Below are positions 36,981 to 49,868 of a DNA stretch of 64,000 nucleotides, one piece after another. Location: positions 25,670,001 to 25,734,000 of the forward strand of contig CM075988.1 in assembly GCA_038087875.1 (NCBI GenBank). The letters are read 5' to 3'. The first letter of the stretch is position 1; every line of letters starts with the position of its first letter. Source of the stretch: Malacoraja senta. Lineage: Eukaryota. Position numbers and translations under genes: made by a program. The notes under the pieces were generated by a model. It was not told where the DNA came from, made no database searches, and was given only the letters and a program-made list of their open reading frames with translations.

Positions 36981-37698
36981 GTGGGGGTTGGGGTATTAGT
37001 GGGGGTGGGGTATTAGTGGGGGTGGGGGTATTAGTGGGGGTGGGGTATTAGTGGGGGTGGCGTATTAGTGGGGGTGGGGTATTAGTGGGGGTAGGGGTGG
37101 GGTATTAGTGGGGGTGGGGTATTAGCGGGGGTGGGGTATTAGTGGGGGTGGGGTATTAGTGGGGGTGGGGTATTAGTGGGGGTGGGGGTGGGGTATTAGT
37201 GGGGGTGGGATGGGGGTATTAGTGGGGGTGGGGTATTAGTGGGGGTGGGGGATTAGTGGGGGTGGGGTATTAGTGGGGGTGGGGTATTAGTGGGGGTGGG
37301 GTATTAGTGGGGGTAGGGGTGGGGTATTAGTGGGGGTGGGGTATTAGCGGGGGTGGGGTATTAGTGGGGGTGGGGTATTAGTGGGGGTGGGGTATTAGTG
37401 GGGGTGGGATGGGGGTATTAGTGGGGGTGGGGTATTAGTGGGGGTGGGGGGATTAGTGGGGGTGGGGTACTAGTGGGGGTGGGGTATTAGTGCGGGTGGG
37501 GGATTAGTGGGGGTGGGGTATTAGTGGGGGTGGGGTATTAGTGGGGGTGGGGGATTAGTGGGGGTGGGGGTGGGATGGGGGTATTAGTGGGGGTGGGGTA
37601 ATAGTGGGGGTGGGGTATTAGTGGGGGTGGGGGTGTGGGTATTAGTGGGGGTGGGGGTGGGGTAATAGTGGGGGTGGGGTATTAGTGGGGGTGGGGTA
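36981..37698. repeat. G-rich 17-bp minisatellite (GGGGTATTAGTGGGGGT)n
   Basis: About 40 tandem units seen directly. Confidence 0.97.
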
Positions 37699-38496
37699 GC
37701 AGTTTGCCCACAAGAGTCCTGAGATTTGGTGGTACGGACTTTGTACGTTCTCCCTGTGCCCTCGTGGGTTTTCTCCAGGTGCTGCGGTTTCCTCCCACAC
37801 TCCAAAGATGTGCAGGTTTGTAGGTTAATTGGCTTCAGTAAAGTGTCCCTAGTGTGTGGGATAGAACTGTAAAGTAATCTCTAACTAACTGGGAAGAGAC
37901 ACCAGAGCAGATATCTACCTCCTTTCTACCAAACATTGGCCAACGTTCATCCTTAATCCAAGAAGCAATTTCTGGTCACACAAGCCTTTTGCTTTTTTCT
38001 CAGGTTGGTGTTTTAGTAAATTGGCTGTTGTAAAGTCCTGGAGCTTGAAGACAGCAACCATCAAACAGCCATCTACACTAATCCCAATTTATTCCCACCC
38101 TCTCCCCCCCACATGTTCTACATTCAGCTACCCATTAGAGGCTACTCACAGGGGCCATTTGTGGACATGAGAAGGAACTGAAGCACCCAGAGAAAACCTA
38201 GGCATTCATACCGAGAGTGTGCAAACTTCACTCACACACAGTAGTGGAGATCAGGATTGAACCCAGCTCACTGCAGCAGCAACTCTTCCAGCTGTGCCAC
38301 TCTGCAGACATTTTGCTTACAAGCAACAGAAGGAATGATTTGGCAGTGAAATTTTATGGGGCATTTATTTTCATAATAAAAACATGTTCCTGTTTCGATG
38401 TTCCAGTGAATGTTAAAGAGTGTGTGTGTGTGTGTGTGTACGTGCACGCCTGTGTGTGTGTGTGTGTGTGTGCGCGTGCGTGCATGTGTGTGATTT

Positions 38497-38696
38497 NNNN
38501 NNNNNNNNNNNNNNNNNNNNNNNNNNNNNNNNNNNNNNNNNNNNNNNNNNNNNNNNNNNNNNNNNNNNNNNNNNNNNNNNNNNNNNNNNNNNNNNNNNNN
38601 NNNNNNNNNNNNNNNNNNNNNNNNNNNNNNNNNNNNNNNNNNNNNNNNNNNNNNNNNNNNNNNNNNNNNNNNNNNNNNNNNNNNNNNNNNNNNNNN
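38497..38696. other. Assembly gap (200 N)
   Basis: Run of N next to a TG repeat. Confidence 1.
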
Positions 38697-39412
38697 CATA
38701 CTTCCTACGATAAGTCATGAGCAAGCCTGGCTTCTTCTCCCTGTCATTAGTGCAGGCTGTGTAACTAAAGATACAGGCGGGATTGACAGTGCGGGGAGGG
38801 AGGCGTTGATGGGAATGTCAGCGTCACTGGGCGCTCGTTCCACCCCAGTGTGAAACAGCCCCAGTCAGCCCAGAAACAAACCTCACCCATTTTAGTTTCG
38901 GGTCGAGACCCTTCTTCAGATCGTCCCTAGTGTGTAGGTTAGTGCTGTTGTACGGAGTGATCGCTTGTTGGTATGGACTTGATGGGCCTGTTTCCACACT
39001 GTATCTCTAAAGCCTGTAAAGTCTAATCTTCATGCATGATGCTGAAACAATCTGTGAATTTGTCACAGAGTCTGGTGGGGAGACAACTGAAGATATAGGA
39101 GGATAAGACCAGGGGGAGGGGGTGGGGGGATATTCCTGGTTAGGGTGGCCTGTGGCGAGAGATATGTCACTTTTGAGTGACACATTGAGCTATAAATAAT
39201 GTGTGGTGAAACGCAACAATAATGAGTAGTGAGCCCATGCGTTGATTGCTGGTTTGACATAATCGAGCAGTTTCTATTTTGAAGGAGCCGCTGCCGCTGT
39301 TCAATCCAAAATTATAATTAGATGCATTTATCCCTTTAGGAAGAAAGCTGACAGTACCTCCGGCAGCAGTGGGTCCCCGACTGTATGCCTGACCTCCTGA
39401 TTAAATATTACC

Positions 39413-39812
39413 GATTGTCTCGTTGTCAGCTTCCCCTCAGCTAACAATGAACCATTCTAGTGTTAAAGAAGGAACTGCAGATGCTGGAAAATCGAAGGTA
39501 CACAAAAATGCTGGAGAAACTCAGCGGGTGCAGCAGCATCTATGGAGCGAAGGAAATAGGCAACGTTTCGGGCCGAAACCCTTCTTCAGACTGGCCATGA
39601 ACCATTCTACATTTCCTTGAACATTATCTGCTTTGATCTGTCGTTTTCACACCTTACCCTTCCACATATCTCTCGTCTCCCTCTCCCCCGACTCTCAGTC
39701 TGAAGAAGGGTCTCGACGAAACTTCACCCATTCCTTCTCTCCAGAGAGATGCTGCCTGCCCAGCTTTTTGTGTCTATCTTCGGTGTAAACCAGCATCTGC
39801 AGTTCCTCCCTA
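39413..39812 (+). mobile_element. Penelope-like 3' region with a second-subfamily terminal arm nested in it
   Basis: The inner arm is flanked by a 13-bp duplication atgaaccattcta. Confidence 0.75.
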
Positions 39813-40139
39813 CTCCCCTTGAGTTTGTCGTCGTTACAGATGAGGTCTTTAAGTTAGATGAAGAAAGTTCCTCGGTTCTGGGAACATATTTCCCATTGGA
39901 CGCCCCCTCTTCCCGTCTGAAAGATGTCCCCATCTCTCCCCTCCTAATGGAGACACAAGGAGAAATCTGTTTTTGGCTGTTTCTGTCAAATCTGCATGAA
40001 AACATCAGCCACCAAATGTCTTCAGTGAATTCAATGTTGCCCTTCAAAGAAGCTGGGAGCAGTGCAGAGTCTCCAGCTGATAGTTTTAAACTTGTGTAAT
40101 GTCACAACCAAAGGAAAATGTCATTGTCATGCTAGCTGT

Positions 40140-41382
40140 TACTAGGCACAGTCTGACTGGAGGCCTGTGACTAGCGGTGTGGCTCAGCGATCGGTGCTGG
40201 GCCCATTGCTGTTTATGTTGTAGATCAGTACTTCTTAAACTGGTGAATGGTTCAGAATGAAACTATTTGGGGTGAATGAAGGGTGAATTACTTAATTTAT
40301 TCTGATACTTAGATATTTTTTTCTATACTTAAAAAAAGCATTGCCATTAAAGTGGTTAATTAGCTCTTATTTCCCCAAAAGTGTAGGATGGGGCTGAAGC
40401 CCAGTGTTTAGACGCTGGAATGTTTTTTTAACATTCTAATAGAATGATTTTCCAACTCCAGTGGTAATTAAACTTTTATTTTTCACTCCTAGTTTTCTTT
40501 ACATATTTTTAGGATGTTCAAAAAGTTGAATGAAATAAACATTTAAGAAATTAGTTAATTTATATTTTTTGCTCACATGACAAAATAAATTATATATAAA
40601 ATTATACACAAGGGAGAATAAGACGAAAATTACCAAAAATCATAAGAAAATTTAGTCGAGGGTGAATGAAATTTTATGATAAAGACTCAAGGGTGAATGA
40701 CACTGACATAATTTAAGTAGCACTAGTTTATATAAACAATTTGGATGAGAATATACAAAGGCTTGATTCGTAAGTTTGCAGATGTCACTAAAGTAGTCGT
40801 ATGGCAGACAGTGAAGATGGTTGTCAAAAATGACAGCAGCCCCTTGATCAGCTGGGCAAGTGGACTGAGGAATAGCTGATGGAGTTTAGTGTAGATAAGT
40901 GCAAGTTGTTGCACTCTGGCAAGACAAACCAGGGCCTTGCAGAGTGTTGTAGGGCAGAGGGATCTAGGAGTACAGGTGGACAAAAAATGCTGGAGAAACT
41001 CAGCGGGTGAGGCAGCATCTATGGAGAGAAGGAATTGGGGACATTTCAAGTGACCCGAAACGTCACCAATTCCTTCCCTCCATAGACGCTGCCTCACCCG
41101 CTGAGTTTCTCCAGCATTTTTTACCTACCTTCGATATTTCCAGCATCTGCAGTTCTTTCTTAAACATAGTACAGGTCGATAGTTCCTTGGAAGTGGCGCC
41201 ACAAGTAGATAGGGTGATAAAGAAAGTTTTTGGTACATTGGCCTTCATCAGTCAGGATACCGAGTGTAGTAGATGGGACATTACGGTACAGTTGTGTAAG
41301 ACTTGGCCACATTTGGATTCCGTTTTGGTCACCCTCTTATAGGAAGGATGTCATTAGGCCAGAAACAGTGCAGAGCAGATTT
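40140..41382 (+). mobile_element. Old CR1 RT region interrupted by a hAT MITE and a Penelope-like foldback (about 40976-41166)
   Basis: VTSGVAQRSVLGPLLF / ..KFAD.. / KKVFGTLAFISQ remnants; agtacagg duplicated around the foldback. Confidence 0.8.
40226..40725. mobile_element. hAT Charlie/Buster-like MITE (AT-rich)
   Basis: Imperfect TIRs cagtacttcttaaact / aatttaagtagcacta, flanks ttgTAgat / gttTAtat, repeated GGGTGAAT near both ends. Confidence 0.65.
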
Positions 41383-41547
41383 CAGTTTCAGTTTACTAGT
41401 GAATATTTGGGGCACGCTTGTCACTTGCGGGCAGAGCACCAAGGCAAATTCCTTGTATGTTAACATACTTGGCCTATAAACTTATTCATTGTTTCATTCA
41501 TTCAAGTTGCACAGAAAAGTTGAAGGGGAACACAGATAAACATGTAT

Positions 41548-41839
41548 AGTTTAGTTTCGAGATGCAGCACAGAAACAGGCCCTTCGGCCCACCGAGTTTA
41601 CACCGACCAGCGATCCCCGCACACTAACACTATCCTACACACACTAGGGACAATTTACACATACACCAAGCCAATTAATCTTTGGAGTATGGGAGGAAAC
41701 CGAAGATCTCGGAGTAAACCCACACGGTCGCGGGGAGAGCGTACAAACTTTGTACAGACAGCGCCCGTAGTCGGGATCGAACCCGGGTCTCTGGCGCTGC
41801 AAGCGCTGTAAGGCAGCGACTCTACCGCTGCGCCACCAT
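41548..41839 (-). mobile_element. HE1-like V-SINE
   Basis: Same family. Confidence 0.9.
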
Positions 41840-42463
41840 GTCCGGCCTGTGGTAGAGCGGAATGGAAGGAGATGCTAGTCTGGTGAGATGGTGCAAGCAG
41901 GTTCTACAGAGCAGGAACACAAGCCGCTGGCCTGAGTGTGCCCACTTGGTCAACTCTATGTCTGAAATAGAGACTGAATTAGTAAAGGCGTGAGCAGAGA
42001 AAGAAGTTGGAAGGGTGGGGCTGAGGGGAAATCTGGAGGAGACGGTTGTGTGGACAGGCAGTAGGCCCAAAGGAGAATGTAGAAGGGTGTGGCTAAACAG
42101 ACAACCACAGAGGGAGGTAGCCTGTCAGGAATAGATTAAAGAGTTCTTTATGAGCCCTGCTACAGTATTTTAAAAATAAACGTTTGAATTTGATCCTTCA
42201 TCTTAGCAACTGATGTAAGAAAAGCTTGCTTTGATGCACAGAACGCAGACTCAATAAGGCAGATGAAAGCGTCCTGGCTCCTCAGATATTAATTGCCACC
42301 AGATGAAGCCATTCTGTTGGGCATTGTGATTACACAGGGACCTGAGTGACTGAAACAAAGATTCATCACCAGTTCACCTTGAAGCTTTTAAGAAGGAACC
42401 GCTGATGCTGGAAAATCGAAGGCAGACAAAAATGCTGGAGAAACTCAACGGGTGCAGCAGCAT

Positions 42464-43085
42464 ATAGAAACATAGAAACATAGAAACATAGAAAATAGGT
42501 GCAGGAGTAGGCCATTCGGCCCTTCGAGCCTGCATGGCTGATCATCCAACTCAGTATCCTGTACCTGCCTTCTCTCCATACCCCCTGATCCCTTTAGCCA
42601 CAAGGGCCACATCTAACTCCCTCTTAAATATAGCCAATGAACTGGCCTCAACTACATTCTGTGGCAGAGAATTCCAGAGATTCACCACTCTGTGTAAAAA
42701 AATGTTTTTCTCATCTCAGTCCTAAAAGATTTCCCCTTTATCCTTAAACTGTGACCCCTTGTCCTGGACTTCCCCAACATCGGGAACAATCTTCCTGCAT
42801 CTAGCCTGTCCAACCCCTTAAGAATTTTGTAAGTTTCTATAAGATCCCCCCTCAATCTTCTAAATTCTAGCGAGTACAAGCCGAGTCTATCCAGTCTTTC
42901 TTCATATGAAAGTCCTGACATCCCAGGAATCAGTCTGGTGAACCTTCTCTTTACTCCCTCTATGGCAAGAATGTCCTTCCTCAGATTAGGAGACCAAAAC
43001 TGTACGCAATACTCCAGGTGTGGTCTCACCAAGACCCTGTACAACTGCAGTAGAACCTCCCTGCTCCGATACTCAAATCCTTTTG
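42464..43085 (-). mobile_element. Young CR1/HER1-type LINE inserted in a Penelope-like foldback (42388-43168)
   Basis: KGFEYRSREVLLQLYRVLVRPHLEYC ORF, (tttctatg)n tail, foldback arms on both sides. Confidence 0.92.
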
Positions 43086-43368
43086 TCAGGCCAAAACGTC
43101 GCCTATTTCCTTCGCTCCATAGATGCTGCTGCACCTGCTGAGTTTCTCCAGCATTTTTGTCCACCTTGAAGCTTTGCTCCATGCCCAGCAACAGGGCTAA
43201 CGTTGCTTCTGTTTGTGAGTGGATGTGGTGTATTTGGGAATGTTACGGGTATGCTTACAATGGGGCGCTTAGCAACAACATTCAGATGATGTGCACATGA
43301 AGACAGACACAAAGTGCTGGAGCATCGCCCATTCCTTCTCTCCAGAGATGCTGCCTGCCCCACTGAGT

Positions 43369-43646
43369 TAGACAATAGACAATAGGTGCAGGAGTAGGCC
43401 ATTCGGCCCTTCGAGCCAGCACTGCCATTCAATGTGATCATGGCTGATCAACCCCAATCAGTACCCCGTTCCTGACTTCTCCCCATATCCCCTGACCGCT
43501 ATCTTTAAGAGCCCTATCTAGCTCTCTCTTGAAAGTATCCAGAGAACCGGCCTCCACACACAGAGAATTCCACAGACTCACCACTTTCTGTGTGAAAAAG
43601 TCTTTCCTCGTCTCCGTTCTGAATGGCTTACCCCTTATTCTTAAAT
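43369..43646 (-). mobile_element. CR1 3' end (tattgtc tail) nested in Penelope-like terminal sequence
   Basis: LRIRGKPFRTETRK...RELDRALKDSG; host gagtta|ctcca split by the insertion. Confidence 0.85.
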
Positions 43647-44701
43647 TACTCCAACATTTGTGTCTATCTTCGGATAAACAGCATCTGCAGTTCCTTTGCA
43701 TCCATTCAGAAGATGTGGTTACAGAAGCTTCCTCTTGCCAACAAAGACCAGGAATTCACTGCCCTGGGTGGTGTTGGCAGAGGGGAGCATTCTCATGCTT
43801 ATTAGATTGTGTGCTCAGTAAACCATGCTGACATCCCGCACTCGTAACAAGGAGTCTTGTATTGTCTGTGTTCTTTTTCTAACAAATGAGCAGGTCTTAC
43901 AGAGGATTCGCCAACATTTTGATGTGAGAATGTATTAAATATTTACAGCCCGCTTTGTTGAAAATTCCAGAGATTCTTAACCCCCTAAGAGATGTCTCCT
44001 TTGTTCTAAATAGTTCCTCCTTATCTGAGATGTCAACCCTGGTTCTATGTTCTCTAGACACAGGATATTGCTTTCACATTTCATTAAACTGAAGCTCTCT
44101 TGGAAGAAATAAATTGCAATATTACTTCAATGGGCAGTTTGAGGGGGGGGGGGTGATTATAGAATGTGAATCTTCAAATATCTGTAAAGAAGCAGATAGA
44201 TCCTTGATAAGCAAGGAAGTCAAATGTTATGAGGGACAGCCACACAATGCTGGAGTAACTCAGCGGGACAGGCAGCATCTCTGGAGAGAAGGAATGGGTG
44301 ACGTTTCGGATCGAGACCTTTCAGACCCGAAACCAAAATGTCAGCCATTCCTTCTCTCCAGAGATGCTGCCTGTCCCGATGAGTTACTCCAGCATTTTGT
44401 GTCCATCTTCGGTGAAAACCAGCATCTGCACATGTTACCAGGGATAGGCGGGAATTGCAGAATTAATGTTACAATCGGTTAATCAATGATCTCATTAAAT
44501 CGTGGATCAGGTTTGAAGGACCAAATGGCTTACTTCTGCTCCTAATTCATGTGTTGATCAGTTCAGTTCAGTTTAGTTTATTGTCACGTGGACCGAGGTA
44601 CAGTGAAAAACTTTTGTTGTGTGCTAACCAGTCAGCGGAAAGCAAATACATTATTACAATCGAGCCATTCACATACATGATAAGGGAATAACTTTTCAAT
44701 T

Positions 44702-45945
44702 GACAATAGACAATAGGTGCAGTAGTAGGCCATTCGGCCCTTCGAGCCAGCACCACCATTCAATGTGATCATGGCTGATCATCCCCAATCAGTACCCCGT
44801 TCCTGCCTTCTCCCCATATCCCCTGACTCCACTATTTTGTATCTCGCTCTCTCTTGAAAGCATCCAGAGAACCTGCCTCCACTGCCCTCTGAGGCAGAGA
44901 ATTCCACAGACTCACCACTCTCTGTGAGAAAAAGTCTTTCCTCGTCTCCGTTCTAAATGGCTTACTCCTTATTCTTAAACTGTGGCCCCTGGTTCTGGAC
45001 TCCCCCAACGTCGGGAACATGTTTCCTGCCTCCAACGTGTCCAAACCCTTAACAATCTTATATGTTTCAATGAGATCCCCTCTCATCCTTCTAAACTCCA
45101 GAGTGTACAAGCCCAGTCGCTCCATTATTGCCATAGAGGGAGTGCAGAGAAGGTTCACCAGACTGATTCCTGGGATGTCAGGACTGTCTTATGAAGAAAG
45201 ACTGGATAGACTTGGTTTATACTCTCTAGAATTTAGGAGATTGAGAGGGGATCTTATAGAAACTTACAAAATTCTTAAGGGGTTGGACAGGCTAGATGCA
45301 GGAAGATTGCTCCCGATGTTGGGGAAGTCCAGGACAAGGGGTCACAGCTTAAGGATAAGGGGGAAATCCTTTAAAACCGAGATGAGAAGAACTTTTTTCA
45401 CACAGAGAGTGGTGAATCTCTGGAACTCTCTGCCACAGAGGGTAGTCGAGGCCAGTTCATTGGCTATATTTAAGAGGGAGCTAGATGTGGCCCTTGTGGC
45501 TAAAGGGATCAGAGGGTATGGAGAGAAGGCAGGTACGGGATACTGAGTTGGATGATCAGCCATGATCATATTGAATGGCGGTGCAGGCTCGAAGGGCCGA
45601 ATGGCCTACTCCTGCACCTAATTTCTATGTTTCTATTCTCTCAGCATATGACAGTCCCGCCATCCCGAGAATTAACCTTGTAAACCTACGCTGCACTCCG
45701 TCAATAGCAAGAATGTCCTTCCTCAAATTAAGGGACCAAAACTGCACACAATACTCCAGGTGTGGTCTCACTGGGGCTCTGTACAACTGCAGAAGGATCT
45801 CTTTGCTCCTATATTCGATTCCTCTTGTTATAAAGGCCAACATGCCATTGGCTTTCTTCACTGCCTGCTGTACCTGCATGCTTACTCTCATAGACTGATG
45901 AATGGGACTGATAGAATGAAGGAGTACTATACCGCTTAAAACTAG
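44702..45945 (-). mobile_element. CR1 (tattgtc tail) derivative with 45-nt foreign 5' head, split by a nested CR1
   Basis: HQSMRVSMQVQQAVKKANG...; head at 45901-45945 identical to 51301-51345. Confidence 0.9.
45127..45634 (+). mobile_element. Young CR1/HER1-type LINE, nested antisense
   Basis: IAIEGVQRRFTRLIPG...GYGEKAGTGY; same translation as the 22570 copy over the overlap. Confidence 0.95.
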
Positions 45946-46567
45946 TGTGTCCAAACCCTTAACAATCTTTTTGTGCAATGTAAAGCCAGTAAAGTCCAAT
46001 CTAAGATAGTCTGAAGTTCCCCGATGAGGTAGATAGTAATTCAGGACTGCTCTCTGCCTGTGGTTCAGTTGCTTGATAACAGCTGGGAGGAAGCTGAGGA
46101 AGAAACTGGCTTCTATGGTATTTATGGTAAGGGTAATGTGGATATTTACGGTAACAAGAATGTGTGCCTCTTTATTTGAATTGATTCCGTCTCAGTCTGT
46201 GTGAGGTTTTGACACTTTGCCTTCTCTCACTGATTGCTTTTGGCAGCTCTCTCAGTTGAGTTGGCTTTGGTCTCTGACAGCTCTGCTCCTTATCAACCAA
46301 TGTTCACTCCCAGCCCACAGGTTAGGCTTCAGCTGAGCAGGTTAATGGCTGAATATCCACATACACTGTGACTGGCCTTCACTTCAGCTCCATGGCCCCA
46401 CCTTGCTCCACCTCACCACAACTCTCCATAACTATGTCGATGTTTTGAAAATAATTAGAATAAGTATTTCAAAAAAGAAACAATTTTAATGACTCCAAGC
46501 CAAGAGCAGGACAATGGAGCTGGGGGCAGAACTGATAAGTAAATGACCTCTTTCATGTAGAGTCTAG

Positions 46568-46845
46568 ACTTTAGAGATACAGCGCAGAAACAGGCCCTTC
46601 GGCCCACCGGGTCCATGCCGCCCCATGCACTAACAGTATCCTACACAAACTAGGGACAGTTAACTATTTTCCCAAATCCAATTAACCGACAAACCTGTGG
46701 AGTGTGGGAGGAAACCGGAGCACCCGGAGAAAACCCACGCAGGTCACGGGGAGAACGTACAAACTCCGTACAGACAGCACCCATAGTCAGGGTCGAACCC
46801 GGGTTTCTGGTGCTGTAAGGCAGCGATTCTGCTGTTGAGCCGCCT
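46568..46845 (-). mobile_element. HE1-like V-SINE
   Basis: Same family. Confidence 0.85.
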
Positions 46846-47529
46846 GCTCTGAGAAATTGTTTGTCTGTATCGATCTCAGTCTCCACAGCCTTTTGAGGAG
46901 TGAGTGCCTCATTCCCTCTGGCCCTTCTCAGTCCCCCTGGGGTGGGGACTGCAGCTCTTATCCAGGACTGCAAGAGAACACCACGGAGTAAAGGTTTTCA
47001 CTGTACCACAGTACTCGTGACAATAAACTAAACTGTAATGGCCCTACTTCCAAGGACAACTCCAAATCTGTTCCACGCCCAAGATGTAAATGTAATCAGA
47101 GCTTACTTACTGCACTGTTCACTAACCTTTCAGTGGTTTAGTTATGCTTAGAGTAAATAATTAACTCATGTTTTAATATTTTACAGAGCTGGTTTTGACA
47201 TCCTGATAAGATTTCAGTTAAATTGAGGATTGGTATATTAACGGTGGTAGATATTTGGTTACAGTACAAATGATTCTTCCCTGAGTTCTGGTCCATCCCT
47301 GAAGGAGCTGGGAACCACATTGGCCCAGGTGTTGATGACATCTTGTCCAGGACCCAGCTCATTGGCACTGTGCGGGCAAAAGGGTGGCCATGGGAGGAAG
47401 TCAGTGGATCAGGCGGCAGCTGTGAATGGAAGTAGCTGTGGATGTTTTGAGTTGAGATCCTTCATCTGGAGTCAGTGTAAAGATCAGTGGGGAGTGGTGG
47501 GGCACGAGCTAGCAACTGGTAGGTGGATC

Positions 47530-48152
47530 AGTCTGAAGAACAGTCTCGACCCGAAACGTCACCCATTCCTTCTCTCCAGAGCTGCCGCCTGTCCCGCTGA
47601 GTTACTCCAGCATTTTGTGTTTAAGAAAGAACTGCAGATGCTGGAAAAATCGAAGGTAGACAAAAATGCTGGAGAAACTCTAGCGGGTGAGGCAGCATCT
47701 GTGGAGAGAAGGAATAGGTGACGTTTCGGGTCGAGACCCTTCTTCAGACTGATGTGGGGGTGGAGTTTCTCCAGCATTTTGTGTCTACCTTTTGTTTAAA
47801 CCAGCATCTGCAGATTTTTCCTACACAACCGGGAGGTGGATATAGGTGTGTCTGGGTCCACAGATGCTGCTTGGTCCGCGGAGTCCTCCGGTACCTCCCC
47901 TTTTCTTGCTCCGGATTCCAAAGTCTGCAGTGTCTGTGTAAGAAGGAACTGCAGATGCTGGTTTATACCAAAGTTAGACACAAATTGCTGGAGTAACTCA
48001 GCGGGTCAGGCAGCATCTGTGGAGAAAAAGGATGGCTGACATTTTGGGTTGGAACCCTTCTTCAGTCTGAAGGATTCTGACCGGAAACGTCAACTATTCT
48101 TTATCTCCAGAGGTGCCGCCTGACCTGCTGAGATACTCCGGCATTTTGTATC
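47530..48152. mobile_element. Cluster of nested and adjacent Penelope-like terminal repeats
   Basis: Several arms of both subfamilies; minus-strand hammerhead-like core at 47720-47747. Confidence 0.8.
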
Positions 48153-48554
48153 CGAATGCAGTGTCTATTGTGCTGCCAACATTGACCTGATGACCTCACA
48201 TTGCCAAGGTGATGAATTTAACATGAAGGCTGTGTATCAGCTATCTTGACAAATTTAACACATGAACAGATTGAAACAGAAGGGTGCCAATTTTTTATTC
48301 CTACAGCTTCCGCTTTCCCAATGTACAAAATGCAATGCTTAAGGAAATCAAAAAGATTGGAGAAGTTTTCCCTTCCAGTGGGATCTGTCACCATTCCCAT
48401 AACATCTCCTAGCTGAATGGAACAGGTTTTAAAGGCAGGCACTGTGGAAATCTAGAGATACTTGGCAGCAATGTTTACAAGGCAAGACCCCATCAACACC
48501 AAAGGACACTCCTGATTCAATTTGATTCCATGATATTGATTGAAGTGTAATTGT

Positions 48555-48672
48555 TGACAAGAACTCTGTGGAGAATTTGCAAACTCCTCTTCAAATAAAG
48601 AGTTGTGACCTTTTACACCCACCTCTTGTAGACTGACAGGGCTTCACCTTAGCATTTCATCTGAAAGGCTGT
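48555..48672 (-). mobile_element. Possible DeuSINE core relic
   Basis: ctcctcttcaaata...cttttacacccacct...catctgaaag resembles the recalled Deu domain in reverse. Confidence 0.45.
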
Positions 48673-48682
48673 GTAGAACTAA

Positions 48683-48979
48683 GGGCAGCACGGTGGCGCA
48701 GCGGTAGATTTGCTGCTTTACGATGCCAGAGACCTGGGTTCGATCCTGACTACGGGTGCTGTCTGTACGGAGTTTGCACGTTCTCCCCGTGACCTGCGTG
48801 GGTTTTCTCCGAGATCTTCGGTTTTCTCCCACATTCCAAAGACATACAGGTTTGTAGGTTAATTGGCTTGGTGTAATTGTAAAGAATTGTCCCTAGTATG
48901 TGTAGGATAGCGTTAGGGTGCGGACTCGGTGGGCCGAAGGGCCTGTTTCTGCGCTGTATCACTAAACTAAACTAAACTA
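48683..48979 (+). mobile_element. HE1-like V-SINE, full length
   Basis: A/B boxes, core, gggccgaagggcctgtttc tail and (ctaaa)n. Confidence 0.92.
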
Positions 48980-49656
48980 CTTTGGGAGCATCTTCCTGGG
49001 TTTGATGTGTGGTCTAAAGTGATTGCCACGGGCTCATTGTTCCCAGTAACTTCTTCAAATCCCTCCCTGTAGCCACTTCATCATGTGTAACGTGCTCCAG
49101 TAGATTCTGGACTCTAGTGGTGGAGCAGGATTCCCAGATTAGTTCCGTTTAGTTTATCGTCACGAGGTACAGTGACAAGCTTTTGTTGCGTGCTATCCAG
49201 ACAGCAGAAAGACAATACTTGATTACAATTGATCCATTTACAGTGTATAGACACATGATAAGGGAATAATGTTTTTCGTGCAAGGTAAAGCCAGCAAAGT
49301 CCAATCAAGGATAGTCCGAGGGGCACCAAAGAGGTGGATAGGAGTTCAGCATTGCTCTCTGTTTGTGGTAGCATGGAAATAAGCCCTTCGGCCCAACCTG
49401 TCCATGCCAACCAAGATGCCCCATCTACACTAGTCCCATTTGCCTACATTTGGTCCATATCCCACTAAATCTTTCCTATCCATGTACCTGTATATGTTGT
49501 TATTCTACCTGTCCCAACTACCTCCTCTGACAGTTCATTCCATAAACCCACCACCCACTGGATCGATTGGCTGCTCATTATATTTATACCACATTTATAT
49601 ATCGTCTTGCATGTTACACTAAACTAAACTAACTAACCAGGGTTACCGTACAAAAT

Positions 49657-49868
49657 GTGTGGGAAGGAACTGCAAATGCTGGTTTAAACCAAAGATAGAC
49701 ACAAAAAGCTGGAGTAACTCAGCGGGACAGGCAACATCTCTGGAGAGAGGGAATAGGTGACATTTCAGGCTGAGTCTGACAAAAGGGTCTCGACCCGAAA
49801 CGTCACCCATTCCTTCTCTCCAGAGATGCTGCCTGTCTCGCTGAGTTGCTCCAGCTTTTTGTGTCTAC
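49657..49868. mobile_element. Penelope-like terminal foldback
   Basis: Inverted arms. Confidence 0.8.

Larger units (their letters stand above)
44560..46097 (-). mobile_element. Rex1-type 3' end acting as outer host of two nested CR1 insertions
   Basis: Homologous to the 26280-26502 3' UTR; pieces at about 44560-44695 and 45970-46097. Confidence 0.75.

Noticed and set aside
36981..37698. Interstitial telomeric repeat
   Set aside because: The unit has TTAGTGG, not tandem TTAGGG.
38217..38724. ORFs spanning the N run
   Set aside because: Artefacts of the assembly gap.
48683..48760. tRNA gene
   Set aside because: A/B boxes belong to the SINE head and run into the SINE core; no complete cloverleaf seen.
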